A stretch of DNA of 64,000 nt from Candidatus Saccharimonadia bacterium (lineage in GTDB: Bacteria; Patescibacteriota; Saccharimonadia; Saccharimonadales; JALRHH01), in the NCBI GenBank assembly GCA_023253175.1, contig JALRHH010000002.1, forward strand, positions 192,199 to 256,198, written 5' to 3'. The notes below the pieces were generated by a model that did no database searches, was not told the origin of the DNA, and worked only from the letters and a program-made list of their open reading frames with translations. Made by a program: the position numbers and the translations under genes. Shown one piece after another: positions 1 through 9,558 of this stretch. The first letter of the stretch is position 1, and each line of letters starts with the position of its first letter.

Positions 1-540
1 GCCATCAGCCACGCCTTGGTCAGTATCTGGAATAATAACGAGCTGCTTGTGGCTCCCGTCAGTATCAAAAGACGACTCCTCGGTTGACTGTTCATACAGA
101 CGAGCCCTAACTTCGGCTACGGCTTCTTTAATAGCAGCCTCATCGGCTTTAAGGACCTCCCCGCCCGACTTGTAAAACTTTATGCCATTTCGATCTGCAG
201 GAATGTGGCTTCCGGTCACCATGATACATGGAGCGGCGGCCAACGACGCAGCATATGCAATCGCAGGGGTAGGCACAGAGCCGCCATACACGACCTTCAT
301 ACCAGCGTCGCTGATCGCAGTCAGTACCACCTGCGTTATGCGGGGTGTGCTTTTACGCAAATCACCCGCAACAAAAATAGTACTCCCTGGCGCCAAATTA
401 TCGTGTTTTTGCAAAAAAGCAATAAAGCCAAAAGCGTTTATATAGCATTCAAGGTCAGTCATGTCGGTCACAAGTCCACGAAGACCAGAGGTACCAAATG
501 CAAGCTCTACTGGAGAGTAACTAAGATTATCTTTTAGCAT
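1..540 (-). CDS. Phosphohexomutase (phosphomannomutase/phosphoglucomutase family), N-terminal part; gene continues beyond the window start
   Basis: My translation of the reverse strand from the ATG at 540-538 gives MLKDNLSYSPVELAFGTSGLRGLVTDM...CIMVTGSHIPADRNGIKFY. It has the GTSG(L/I)RG N-terminal motif and a phosphoserine-loop-like GSHIPxDRNG. It is absent from the ORF track because no stop falls in the window. It sits next to manC and a PMI-like cupin. Confidence 0.75.
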   Translation of the reverse strand, partial: MLKDNLSYSPVELAFGTSGLRGLVTDMTDLECYINAFGFIAFLQKHDNLAPGSTIFVAGDLRKSTPRITQVVLTAISDAGMKVVYGGSVPTPAIAYAASLAAAPCIMVTGSHIPADRNGIKFYKSGGEVLKADEAAIKEAVAEVRARLYEQSTEESSFDTDGSHKQLVIIPDTDQGVADG

Positions 541-542
541 AC

Positions 543-1580
543 TTATGCCTGTAGCTGATTTACAGCGTCTTTTACTTTTTGACTAAGGTCTTTTCTGGTC
601 ACCAAAATACCAGCAGGCGTATTAATCACCGCAATATTATCAAGACCAATCACCGCAACTGGCTTATCTTCAAAGTTCTGTATCAGCGAGTTCTCTATAT
701 CAATAAGCGCTACCTTTTCACCGTGCACACTATTGCCTGCCTCGTCACTCTCGGCTGCCTTGTGAATATCAGCGAACGAACCAAGATCCATCCAATCAAA
801 TGATGCAGGCACCACAAGTAGATTCGAAACTTTTTCAATCAACGCATAATCGATTGCGTCATTCTCAAACTCCAGATACACCTTTTCGTAATCTTCACGT
901 GATTCTGTTGCCGCCAACCGCTCAAAATTTTCGAGAAGCACTGGTGCATGCTCTTTCATATTTGATTTGAACGTATTCACAGACCCGACAAAGTAACCAC
1001 AATTCCACAGATAGTTACCGCTTCGCACGTAGTCCTGTGCGACTTCGTGTACAGGCTTTTCTTTGAATGAATGAACGTTATAGACAAACAATTCCTCGTC
1101 AAAAATACCGTCTTTTTGGATATATCCAAATCCAGTTGCTGGGTGATCCGGTTCCACGCCAACCAATACAATGCGCCCTGTATCAGCTGATGCTTCAGAC
1201 GCAACCCTAAAGCTATGCGCAAAACCTTCTGCGTCCCTAATAAAGTGATCAGCAGATAGCACGACAATAGGTTCATCAGCGTCATGGCGGCCATTAATAT
1301 GCGCTAGCGCAGCCACGATACAACTTGCCGTTCCACGGCGCGCAGGCTCAATAACAAAATTGTCATCTGTTAATTCCGGAAGCTGTTCTTTTATATGGTG
1401 CGCATGGCCAATTTCTGTGATGACATATGTAGCATCGCTAATTTTCTTAGCGCGCTCATATGTATTTTGCAGTAATGACTTGTCGTCACCGTTAATTTTC
1501 AAAAGGTGCTTTGGATATTCAGGAGTAGATAGGGGCCACAATCGTGATCCCGACCCTCCCGCAATTATTACGGTTATCAT
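543..1580 (-). CDS. manC: Mannose-1-phosphate guanylyltransferase (GDP-mannose pyrophosphorylase)
   Basis: 345 aa. The N-terminus MITVIIAGGSGSRLWPLSTPEYPKHLL is the classic nucleotidyltransferase G-rich loop of ManC/CpsB-type enzymes. Length and context fit. Confidence 0.85.
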   Translation of the reverse strand: MITVIIAGGSGSRLWPLSTPEYPKHLLKINGDDKSLLQNTYERAKKISDATYVITEIGHAHHIKEQLPELTDDNFVIEPARRGTASCIVAALAHINGRHDADEPIVVLSADHFIRDAEGFAHSFRVASEASADTGRIVLVGVEPDHPATGFGYIQKDGIFDEELFVYNVHSFKEKPVHEVAQDYVRSGNYLWNCGYFVGSVNTFKSNMKEHAPVLLENFERLAATESREDYEKVYLEFENDAIDYALIEKVSNLLVVPASFDWMDLGSFADIHKAAESDEAGNSVHGEKVALIDIENSLIQNFEDKPVAVIGLDNIAVINTPAGILVTRKDLSQKVKDAVNQLQA

Positions 1581-1668
1581 GCAGTAATTTTATCAAGAGG
1601 TAGAGAAATCTCCCAACTGCGGTATAATTACACAACGTATTTGAATATTGGAAACGGGAGTTTTATTA

Positions 1669-2193
1669 ATGAATTTTGGGTTTACCCCTAGCACACAAAA
1701 AGAAGAAGTCTTTAATAAATTAGGTGCCTATTTAGATAGTCTTGGTATCAAGGTTACCGTGATTGACAATCAGCGTCCCTGGGGAGGCTTCTTGGTCATA
1801 GACGAAGCATCGACCGACACATTCATCGCGCAGTTCTTCCCTTCTGTGGACAAAAAAGATGTTACTAAATTTGGCGATAAGCTCACTCCGAAAATACTGA
1901 TCGTTGAATCGGGCGAAGAGCTATCTTGGCAGTACCACTACAGGCGCGCAGAACTATGGTCTTGCGTGGATGGCCCCGTTGGCTACAAGCGCAGCATGAA
2001 TGACGAAAGGCCAGAAACACTCGTCCTTCAGCCTGGTGAATTCGTACAGTTCAACCCAGGCGAAAGACATACCGGTGTTGGACTCAAAAACTGGGGCATC
2101 ATTGCCGAATTCTGGCAACACACTGATGCAAATCAGCCATCAGACGATGACGACATAGTTCGCCTCGAAGACAAATATGGCCGCGCCGCTTAG
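1669..2193 (+). CDS. Cupin-domain protein, type II phosphomannose-isomerase-like
   Basis: RPWGGFLVIDE...LSWQYHYRRAELWSCVDG...PGERH matches the type II PMI cupin pattern (RPWG, H-x-R-x-E-x-W, His-containing second motif). I prefer the ATG at 1669, preceded by GGGAG at 1655-1659, over the TTG at 1648 used by the ORF track. Confidence 0.6.
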   Translation: MNFGFTPSTQKEEVFNKLGAYLDSLGIKVTVIDNQRPWGGFLVIDEASTDTFIAQFFPSVDKKDVTKFGDKLTPKILIVESGEELSWQYHYRRAELWSCVDGPVGYKRSMNDERPETLVLQPGEFVQFNPGERHTGVGLKNWGIIAEFWQHTDANQPSDDDDIVRLEDKYGRAA

Positions 2194-2248
2194 TTCATAA
2201 AATGACGTACATTTAGCGAACACGTCTCTTGATTCCCCTTATGTTTTT

Positions 2249-2257
2249 TGCTATTAT
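2249..2257 (+). promoter_or_regulatory. Extended -10 element (TGCTATTAT) 9 nt upstream of the ATG at 2267; no Shine-Dalgarno in between
   Basis: Read directly: tgctattat at 2249-2257, then taacttaac, then ATG. Confidence 0.4.
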
Positions 2258-2266
2258 TAACTTAAC

Positions 2267-2836
2267 ATGACAAAACATAAAAAATTAATTATCTGTTGCT
2301 TGGTTTTCATTATCCTTCTTGGGCTAGTTGTAGTCTTAGAGAAGCTGAAGGTTACAAACTTCTATGAAAAGCCCAAAGTCAATCAAGAGCAATCAGAAAA
2401 AACTACTAGTGAAGCGGCTACAGCACAAGATAACTTTACCGAGGGCGAAGAAAGACAAGCTGGGAACACCATAAATGAAAGTCGTGGCTCAGGTGGAGTT
2501 ACCGATTCAAACGGCAACATCAGTAATGAAGTTAGCACTTCAAATCCCATTGTTTCCAAAACAAAGGAAATAAGCATTTATTCCCCACAACGTGATACTA
2601 GGGTTTCTTCAGGATATGAAATTGCCGGCATCTCATCATTGAAATCGGTTAGCTATAGATTAATTGATGACATTTCCGGATTAATTTCTAGTGGTGTTTT
2701 AAAGGTAGTTGATGGGAAATTCTCGGGAAGACTCAATTTTAATACCGAATCTGCTAGTGGACGACTTGATATATATGGTCAAAAAGAGGATGGCACAGAA
2801 TTTAGTAATATAGAGATACCTCTCAAACTTAAATAA
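2267..2836 (+). CDS. Membrane-anchored hypothetical protein (N-terminal TM, Ser/Thr/Asn-rich linker, beta-rich C-terminal domain)
   Basis: 189 aa. It has a hydrophobic N-terminal KKLIICCLVFIILLGLVVVL. The C-terminal approx. 100 aa look Ig/Gmad2-like, which is a weak call. Confidence 0.5.
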   Translation: MTKHKKLIICCLVFIILLGLVVVLEKLKVTNFYEKPKVNQEQSEKTTSEAATAQDNFTEGEERQAGNTINESRGSGGVTDSNGNISNEVSTSNPIVSKTKEISIYSPQRDTRVSSGYEIAGISSLKSVSYRLIDDISGLISSGVLKVVDGKFSGRLNFNTESASGRLDIYGQKEDGTEFSNIEIPLKLK

Positions 2837-2841
2837 AAATC

Positions 2842-4515
2842 ATGATGAAAATTGAACTAACTCAAAACCAAATTTCACGCAATAAACTTCTCCTTTTTCT
2901 CGCTTCATTATTTCTGGCAGTTTGTCTAATACAATTCTTAAATATCGGAAAAGCGCATGCCGCATATGAAGGTGGTCGATTAATTGATAATGGAATTTTT
3001 CTTGATGCCAGTTCAATGGGGCCAGTAGAAATTCAATCCTTTTTAAATAGCAAGGGTGGTCAGATCGCGGGCCGAAGTTTTCTACTAGACTGTGATGCGG
3101 CAGGCTCAACTGCCAAGCAAGCATACCTTTCACTAGGAGCGCCGTGTGGACAATCAATATCTGCCGCGCGAATAATATACTATGCGTCTCAGGTGTACGG
3201 AATTAATCCGAAAGTTATACTTGTGACCCTTCAAAAAGAGCAGAGCCTTATAACGTCTCCAAATCCCACTGACAGACAGTATGCACAAGCAATGGGGTAC
3301 GCTTGCCCAACGAGTGGTAACTGCAGCAGTAGTTCAAACTTCTTTTGGCAAATTGATAATGGTGCATGGGTACTAAGATTTCACTTTGAAAGAGCCAAGG
3401 GCAATATGAACTGGTGGTATTCTAGTAGCACCTGGACCTGTGGAACCGAGAAGGCTTACTACAAACCGAATCTATACCCCAACCAAAATGTAAACTTTTA
3501 TGATGAAGATGGGACGTATTATCGTACACACTACATTGCATCGGCCGCGACTTCGTCTTTATACTGCTATACCCCGCACGCATACAATAACCCAGAAGGT
3601 TTATATGGATTGCCTGCTTACGGTACTACCGGGCGCTACTATACTGGTAGCTACAACTTCGTTAAATATTTTGAACTATGGTTCGTATCTAGCGTAGATC
3701 CTCCATTCGCCTGGCAAGTCGTATCTAATCGAATTTATGACGAAAATAAATATTCTGAATTAGATACCGGAAAGCTTCGTAAGGGTGAAAGAATTTTTGT
3801 TTCACTCAAAGTAAAGAATACTGGCACTGAAATTTGGTACAGAAATGGGCCAAACCCAGCAACACTCGCAACAGTTAAGCCATACAACCATACAAGCCCT
3901 CTCTGTGATTCTACATGGCTCAACTGTAATCGCGCCACAGTTATAAAAGAAGATGCTGTTTACCCAGGCCAAGAAGGTCACTTTGAGTTTTATGCCGTCG
4001 CACCAGGTACGCTTGGGGAGATAAGAGATTTTATGGCCCCAGTATTAGAGAACCGCGCATGGATGCAAAATGACACTGGCTACCATGTATACGTTAAGTC
4101 AAATGAGGAGCTATCTTGGCAGTGGGGTAGCCTAGGGGCCTGGAGTGATCCCGGCAGAACCACTCCGCTAGATATAACCAATTTATCCAAGGGACAATAT
4201 TTTTACATCACTTTAAGCGCTAAGAATACAAGTGCGACTATATGGAAAAAAGATGGACCCAACCCTGTTTGGCTTGGTAGCTTTGCACCTAAGGACAGAA
4301 AATCTGTTCTTTGCGCTTATAGCTGGTCGACATGTAATCGACCCGCGGTAATGAACGAACCGAGCGTTGGACCCGGCCAGGTAGCTACATTTACGTTTCT
4401 TGCCAGGGCCCCTTATAACGTGGGGGAGTATAGAGAATACTTCAAGCCAGTGTCTGAATTTAAGACATGGATGTCAGATGATCATAATCATATATATATG
4501 AAAGTAGTCAATTAG
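2842..4515 (+). CDS. Secreted protein: N-terminal putative cell-wall-hydrolase-like region plus two tandem approx. 120-aa beta-sandwich repeats
   Basis: 557 aa. The signal-like N-terminus ends in GKAHA. The motif GINPKVILVTLQKEQSLI resembles motifs seen in peptidoglycan hydrolase accessory regions. There are two internal repeats (K..NTG.EIW...GPNP...C.S.W..CNR..V....V.PGQ...F.F...AP...G.Y.E.F.PV.E...WM). Confidence 0.6.
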   Translation: MMKIELTQNQISRNKLLLFLASLFLAVCLIQFLNIGKAHAAYEGGRLIDNGIFLDASSMGPVEIQSFLNSKGGQIAGRSFLLDCDAAGSTAKQAYLSLGAPCGQSISAARIIYYASQVYGINPKVILVTLQKEQSLITSPNPTDRQYAQAMGYACPTSGNCSSSSNFFWQIDNGAWVLRFHFERAKGNMNWWYSSSTWTCGTEKAYYKPNLYPNQNVNFYDEDGTYYRTHYIASAATSSLYCYTPHAYNNPEGLYGLPAYGTTGRYYTGSYNFVKYFELWFVSSVDPPFAWQVVSNRIYDENKYSELDTGKLRKGERIFVSLKVKNTGTEIWYRNGPNPATLATVKPYNHTSPLCDSTWLNCNRATVIKEDAVYPGQEGHFEFYAVAPGTLGEIRDFMAPVLENRAWMQNDTGYHVYVKSNEELSWQWGSLGAWSDPGRTTPLDITNLSKGQYFYITLSAKNTSATIWKKDGPNPVWLGSFAPKDRKSVLCAYSWSTCNRPAVMNEPSVGPGQVATFTFLARAPYNVGEYREYFKPVSEFKTWMSDDHNHIYMKVVN

Positions 4516-4543
4516 TCCCAATATTATACATGTAAGTCTTATT

Positions 4544-4552
4544 TGTTATAAT
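4544..4552 (+). promoter_or_regulatory. Extended -10 element (TGTTATAAT) 8 nt upstream of the ATG at 4561 (leaderless-type arrangement)
   Basis: Read directly: tgttataat at 4544-4552, then agcattta, then ATG at 4561. No SD-like purine run lies between them. Confidence 0.45.
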
Positions 4553-4560
4553 AGCATTTA

Positions 4561-5280
4561 ATGAGTACGCCCCTGTTTTTACCTAAAGTTTGCTTTGTCA
4601 TACCTGCTTATAACGAAGCACAGATGATTGAATCAGTACTCACTGATCTATCAAACTCAGTTAAGACAAAAAAATATACTTATGAAATCGTCGTTGTAGA
4701 TGATGGTTCAAGTGATAGTACGGCCGCCCTAGCCAGGAAAGCCGGGGCAAAAGTTATCCAACATATTTTGAACTCAGGAGCAGGTGGAGCTACGGCTACC
4801 GGCCTTAGCTATGCGAATCAACAACACTTCGATTACGCAGTAACAATGGACGCAGATGGACAGCATTCCATAGAAGATGTTCTGAATGGGATAGACGAGA
4901 TACGAAAACGTAAATGTGACCTTTTGATTGGCAGTAGGCTCGTAAACAAGGATGGCATGTCACGTGTCAAGATTCTTGGCAATAAAGGTCTGAGTTTCGT
5001 CACCTTTATCCTGTTCGGAATAAATATTACCGACTCACAGTCAGGGCTACGTGTCTTCTCACAAAATGCCCTGAGTAGCTTAAAGTGGAAAACAAGAGGT
5101 TATGAATTTTGTTCAGAGATGCTCTGGAGAGCAAAACAGCAAAATTTAGCCATAGAAGAGTATCCTATTAAAGCCATATACAGTGATTACTCGAAAGCTA
5201 AAGGTCAAAATAACTGGAACGCTTTTAATATTGTAAGCTCGCTAGTTTGGCGGAGGATATCGGAGCTTATGCATGAGTAG
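4561..5280 (+). CDS. Family 2 glycosyltransferase, polyprenyl-phosphate sugar synthase-like (DPM1/GtrB/ArnC-like)
   Basis: 239 aa. It has VIPAYNEA, VVDDGSSD and MDADGQH (DxD-type) motifs typical of GT2 polyprenol-phosphate glycosyltransferases. Confidence 0.85.
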   Translation: MSTPLFLPKVCFVIPAYNEAQMIESVLTDLSNSVKTKKYTYEIVVVDDGSSDSTAALARKAGAKVIQHILNSGAGGATATGLSYANQQHFDYAVTMDADGQHSIEDVLNGIDEIRKRKCDLLIGSRLVNKDGMSRVKILGNKGLSFVTFILFGINITDSQSGLRVFSQNALSSLKWKTRGYEFCSEMLWRAKQQNLAIEEYPIKAIYSDYSKAKGQNNWNAFNIVSSLVWRRISELMHE

Positions 5281-5629
5281 ATATGTTCTATTATTTTTAT
5301 TAAACCTGCCCTTTATTTTGGCTGCCCTACTTAACGTAACCGTGTCCTACAAGTTAAGGAAAATCTCAAAAAGACGATATTTTTTCTACGTCACATTCTG
5401 GTTAGCTATTCTTGCGAGTCTGGGTCTTGCCTCTCCTATTTACAATTATTTGTTTACAAGAGAACTCACACAGACTGAACCTCTTAGTTTGTTTGATGTA
5501 ATGCAGATAACCGGTATAGTTGTAGTTTTATATATAGCCAGCAGGACGCGTGCTCGAGTTGACAGCCTTGAGAGAAGGGTTAATGATCTACACCAGGAAC
5601 TGTCAATAGTACTATCCCGCAAGGAGTAG
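5273..5629 (+). CDS. Small 3-TM membrane protein with C-terminal coiled segment (DUF2304-like partner of GT2 enzymes)
   Basis: 118 aa, overlapping the GT2 gene by 8 nt. Topology and gene pairing resemble DUF2304. This is a tentative family call. Confidence 0.5.
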   Translation: MSRYVLLFLLNLPFILAALLNVTVSYKLRKISKRRYFFYVTFWLAILASLGLASPIYNYLFTRELTQTEPLSLFDVMQITGIVVVLYIASRTRARVDSLERRVNDLHQELSIVLSRKE

Positions 5630-5793
5630 TCTTCTTTAACAGTATAGATTACTAGTTACGCTATCAAGGACAAACGCTTGAGCTGAGCATTGTCTGATAA
5701 AATCATTTATAAAAATCTCATCAGTTAAGAACAGTAGTTATAACTTCATTAATCTGTTAATCTATTGGATAGGAAATAAAACATGGGAGTACT

Positions 5794-6807
5794 ATGTTCA
5801 AGGGTAAAACTTTGTTAATAACTGGTGGAACAGGATCGTTTGGAAATGCTGTTTTAAAAAGATTCTTAGATACAGACATAAAAGAAATTCGCATTTTTTC
5901 GCGTGATGAGAAAAAACAAGATGACATGCGCAAAAAGCTCAAAAGCGATAAAGTGAAGTTTTACATAGGTGATGTAAGAAATCTAGAAAGTATTAAAGAT
6001 GCTGTTAAGGGCGTAGACTACATCTTCCATGCTGCCGCACTCAAACAAGTACCGTCTTGTGAGTTTTTTCCAATGGAGGCTGTACGCACTAATGTTATAG
6101 GAACAGATAACGTACTGACAGCCGCGATTGATGCTAAAGTCAAAAAGGTAGTATGCCTATCAACAGACAAAGCTGCCTACCCTATTAATGCTATGGGCAC
6201 ATCTAAAGCGATGATGGAAAAGGTAATAATAGCCAAGTCCAGGAATGTAGATCCCGATGACACTACGATATGCTGCACCCGCTATGGAAACGTAATGGCG
6301 TCACGTGGTTCAGTTATTCCCCTTTTTATAGAACAAATAAAAAAAGACCAACCAATTACAATAACTGATCCTTTAATGACTCGTTTTCTCATGAATCTTG
6401 ATGAAGCCGTGGATCTTGTTATTTTTGCATTTTCCAATGCAAAACAAGGAGATTTATTTGTACAAAAGTCGCCCGCGAGTACTGTAGGAGATCTTGCTAA
6501 AGCATTGAAGCAGTTGTTTGATTCAAAGTCAGAGATTAAAATCATCGGCACAAGACATGGCGAAAAAGCTCACGAGACCCTTCTTACGAAAGAAGAGCGA
6601 TCTAAAGCCACTGACCTTGGGGATTATTTTCAAGTTCCTGCGGACAATCGTGACCTAAATTACGACAAGTATCTTGATGAAGGTTCAAGAAAAATTACAG
6701 ATACATTAGAATATACTTCGGCAAATACTACGCAGCTAGACGTTAAGGGAACTATTTCAAAGTTAATGACTGTTGAGTATGTAAACACACAGTTGCGAGG
6801 AAACTAG
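5794..6807 (+). CDS. fnlA: UDP-N-acetylglucosamine 4,6-dehydratase/5-epimerase (CapE/FnlA/WbjB type)
   Basis: 337 aa. MFKGKTLLITGGTGSFGNAVLKRFLDTDIKEIRIFSRDEKKQDDMRKKL is near-identical in pattern to CapE/FnlA N-termini. GGGAG SD lies upstream. Confidence 0.85.
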   Translation: MFKGKTLLITGGTGSFGNAVLKRFLDTDIKEIRIFSRDEKKQDDMRKKLKSDKVKFYIGDVRNLESIKDAVKGVDYIFHAAALKQVPSCEFFPMEAVRTNVIGTDNVLTAAIDAKVKKVVCLSTDKAAYPINAMGTSKAMMEKVIIAKSRNVDPDDTTICCTRYGNVMASRGSVIPLFIEQIKKDQPITITDPLMTRFLMNLDEAVDLVIFAFSNAKQGDLFVQKSPASTVGDLAKALKQLFDSKSEIKIIGTRHGEKAHETLLTKEERSKATDLGDYFQVPADNRDLNYDKYLDEGSRKITDTLEYTSANTTQLDVKGTISKLMTVEYVNTQLRGN

Positions 6808-6808
6808 C

Positions 6809-7663
6809 ATGAAAAAGGTTCTTATACTCGGTGCTTCCGGTATGGCCGGACATGTAGTAACTACGTATCTACGCGAAGCTGGCTATGAAGTAGATGGTGT
6901 TTCAGCCAAAAACAAGATGGATGATTCGACAAAACTTGTTGATCTAACGTCACATGCTGATACGATCTCTCTATTGAAAGAAAAACCTTACGATATTATC
7001 GTGAATTGCGTAGGCGTTCTAGTTAAACAAAGTGAGGAACGAAAAGATTTATCAACATATCTAAATTCTTATCTGCCTCACTTCCTTGAAAAATATTTTG
7101 AAAATACTGCAACTAAAATTATTCATTTGAGTACGGACTGTGTTTTCTCCGGATTGAACGCCCCATATAAGGAGGATTCTCCATATGACGGAGAACTGTA
7201 CTACGACAGAACAAAGGCTTTAGGCGAAATTATTAATAAAAAAGACCTCACTTTTAGAATGTCAATCATCGGCCCAGACATGAAACAAGAAGGAATTGGT
7301 TTATTTAATTGGTTTTACGCCCAATCAGACAGAATACAAGGCTATAGCGAAGCCATGTGGAGCGGTATTACTACAATTGAGCTTGCAAAGGGTATCCTAG
7401 CAGCTATCGAACAGGACTTAAAAGGCCTATATCACTTAGTGCCATCTACAAATATTTCAAAGTATGAACTCCTACAATTATTTGTAAAAACTTTTGAGCG
7501 TAAAGATATTACGGTGACACCTAACCCAGCAGTAAAACTAGATAAGACCTTAATAAATACTCGAACAGATTTTAGCCATAAGATTCCTTCATATGACACA
7601 ATGATCGAAGAGATGAAGACATGGATCATAAATCATAGTAACCTGTACCCCCACTATGCCTAA
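6809..7663 (+). CDS. RmlD-like NAD(P)-dependent sugar-nucleotide 4-reductase (WbvR-like rather than CapF/FnlB-like)
   Basis: 284 aa. It has the Rossmann motif ILGASGMAGH and a STDCVF...Y...K active-site pattern as in dTDP-4-dehydrorhamnose reductase. It lacks the extra cupin domain of CapF. Confidence 0.65.
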   Translation: MKKVLILGASGMAGHVVTTYLREAGYEVDGVSAKNKMDDSTKLVDLTSHADTISLLKEKPYDIIVNCVGVLVKQSEERKDLSTYLNSYLPHFLEKYFENTATKIIHLSTDCVFSGLNAPYKEDSPYDGELYYDRTKALGEIINKKDLTFRMSIIGPDMKQEGIGLFNWFYAQSDRIQGYSEAMWSGITTIELAKGILAAIEQDLKGLYHLVPSTNISKYELLQLFVKTFERKDITVTPNPAVKLDKTLINTRTDFSHKIPSYDTMIEEMKTWIINHSNLYPHYA

Positions 7664-8903
7664 GAAGCGCGTTTTAATAGTTGGACAACACTATTGGCCA
7701 GAAACATTTCGTATTACTGACATAGCAGAGGGCCTAGTAGAGAGAGGGTATGAAGTAGACGTACTTTGCGGGATCCCTAACTACCCTGCAGGAAAATTCT
7801 TCCAAGGCTATGGTTTATTTAAAAATCGACAACAAAGACATAACGGCGTAAAGATCATGCGGGTACTAGAAATACCTCGTGGAAATAACTCAAATTTTAG
7901 AATCTCGATTAACTACATTTCCTTCCCTTTCTTCGCATTATTTCACCTACCCCGTTTACTGTTCACAAGATATGACCGGATAATTGCGTATCAACTCTCT
8001 CCTGTTTTCATGTCCCTACCCGCAATAATTCTCTCAAAACTTAAAAGTGTACCTATTTATTTTTATATTTGTGACTTTTGGCCACACAGTCTTTTTTCGA
8101 TGTTGAAAATTCACAATCGCGTTATTAGAAAATTAATCACCAACATCTCTTACTGGCATTACAAGCAGGCTAATGGTGCAATAGGAGTATTCAAGGGTAT
8201 CGAAAGCCGACTGATCTCTGAAGTTGGTCTTAACCCACAGAAAGTACTATATATACCCCAGGCACCAGAGAAACTTTACGAGAGAGAACTCTTTGACAAG
8301 GAGCTCGAACGTAGATTTAAGGGTAAGTTCACTGTTATGTTTGCTGGGAACATTAATCCTGCCCAAGATTTCAGTACCATAACTAAAGCCGCCAAAATCA
8401 TATCAGATATGGGGCATGTCGATATAAGATATATAATTATTGGTGAGGGCATGTCGAAAAAATGGCTTACTGAAGAGGTCGAAAAACTTGGAATTAAATC
8501 TCATTTTGTATTTGAAGGCCTGAAGCCAGTAGAAGAAATTCCAAAATATCAAAGTATAGCTGACCTACTTATAGTAGGTTTAACTAAAAGTCCTTTGTTT
8601 GAATATGGAATACCCGCCAAGGTCTATTCTTACCTGCCCTCTGGCAAGCCGATAGTTGCCTCAATAGATGGTGAAGGAGCCAACCTAATAAACAAGATTG
8701 GATGTGGTATTGCGGTAGAGTCCGGTAATGCTCAAGGCCTTGCGGACTCAATAATAAAACTCGAGAGCATGGGACCTAAGCAACGTACTTCAATGGGTCT
8801 AAAAGGAAGGTCATATTACTTTGAGCACTTTGAGCGAGAAAAAAATCTTGATAGACTAATTGATTTTGTCTTTAATGGAAAGCGCGTACCGGATACGGAA
8901 TAG
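7656..8903 (+). CDS. GT4 glycosyltransferase, WbuB-like (putative 2-acetamido-6-deoxy-L-hexose transferase)
   Basis: 415 aa. The N-terminus RVLIVGQHYWPETFRITDIAEGLVERGYEVDVL is typical of WbuB-type GT4 enzymes encoded next to fnlA-type genes. Confidence 0.7.
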   Translation: MPKKRVLIVGQHYWPETFRITDIAEGLVERGYEVDVLCGIPNYPAGKFFQGYGLFKNRQQRHNGVKIMRVLEIPRGNNSNFRISINYISFPFFALFHLPRLLFTRYDRIIAYQLSPVFMSLPAIILSKLKSVPIYFYICDFWPHSLFSMLKIHNRVIRKLITNISYWHYKQANGAIGVFKGIESRLISEVGLNPQKVLYIPQAPEKLYERELFDKELERRFKGKFTVMFAGNINPAQDFSTITKAAKIISDMGHVDIRYIIIGEGMSKKWLTEEVEKLGIKSHFVFEGLKPVEEIPKYQSIADLLIVGLTKSPLFEYGIPAKVYSYLPSGKPIVASIDGEGANLINKIGCGIAVESGNAQGLADSIIKLESMGPKQRTSMGLKGRSYYFEHFEREKNLDRLIDFVFNGKRVPDTE

Positions 8904-8904
8904 T

Positions 8905-9507
8905 TTATACTTTTGTAGCTACTACAACTGTTTCATTATAGGTAAATAGCTTGCCCGCGCTTTTATGAAACGGAAATGAGTATGCCTTGGTAACCCTCAG
9001 CCCGCATTCTTGTAAGATTTTGGTAATTGCAATACTATCCAAGAAGTTCACATGTGTCACATCAGTACTAAAGCCTTTTTCTTGCGGACAGATTACAACC
9101 ACTTTATCTGAAACAAAAGGTAGGTATTCTTTAATTATACTAATGCCTTCTTCAGTTGTGAGATGCTCAAGAACATGTGCCAGCAACATGCTGTCAAAGG
9201 GTTTACCAGCATAAATTTTTTTATTTTTCCTAAATTCCTGCACAGTTACCGCAGTGTATCCTGCCCTAGTTGCTATATCAACGGAATATTTATTATGGTC
9301 AACTCCTACACTTTCCTCGGATAAATTACCGAGGTTCCTGCCGATACCACAGCCTACATCTAGAGTTCTACCCAAGTTCAAGCGCCTCAGATTCCATCGG
9401 TAAGGACGTTGAACATCTAGTACTTTCTTCCAGCTTGCACCTGATCTTTTTAAAAGGATATTGGTATAGTCATCATTTTTTGTTCCTGCGCCTGCCTTTT
9501 TCATCAT
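8905..9507 (-). CDS. Class I SAM-dependent methyltransferase
   Basis: 200 aa with motif I LDVGCGIGRN and post-I/II motifs. Confidence 0.75.
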   Translation of the reverse strand: MMKKAGAGTKNDDYTNILLKRSGASWKKVLDVQRPYRWNLRRLNLGRTLDVGCGIGRNLGNLSEESVGVDHNKYSVDIATRAGYTAVTVQEFRKNKKIYAGKPFDSMLLAHVLEHLTTEEGISIIKEYLPFVSDKVVVICPQEKGFSTDVTHVNFLDSIAITKILQECGLRVTKAYSFPFHKSAGKLFTYNETVVVATKV

Positions 9508-9558
9508 TTTCTCTCCTGATTTAGTTTCATCATTATATATATTGGAGTAGAATTACTA

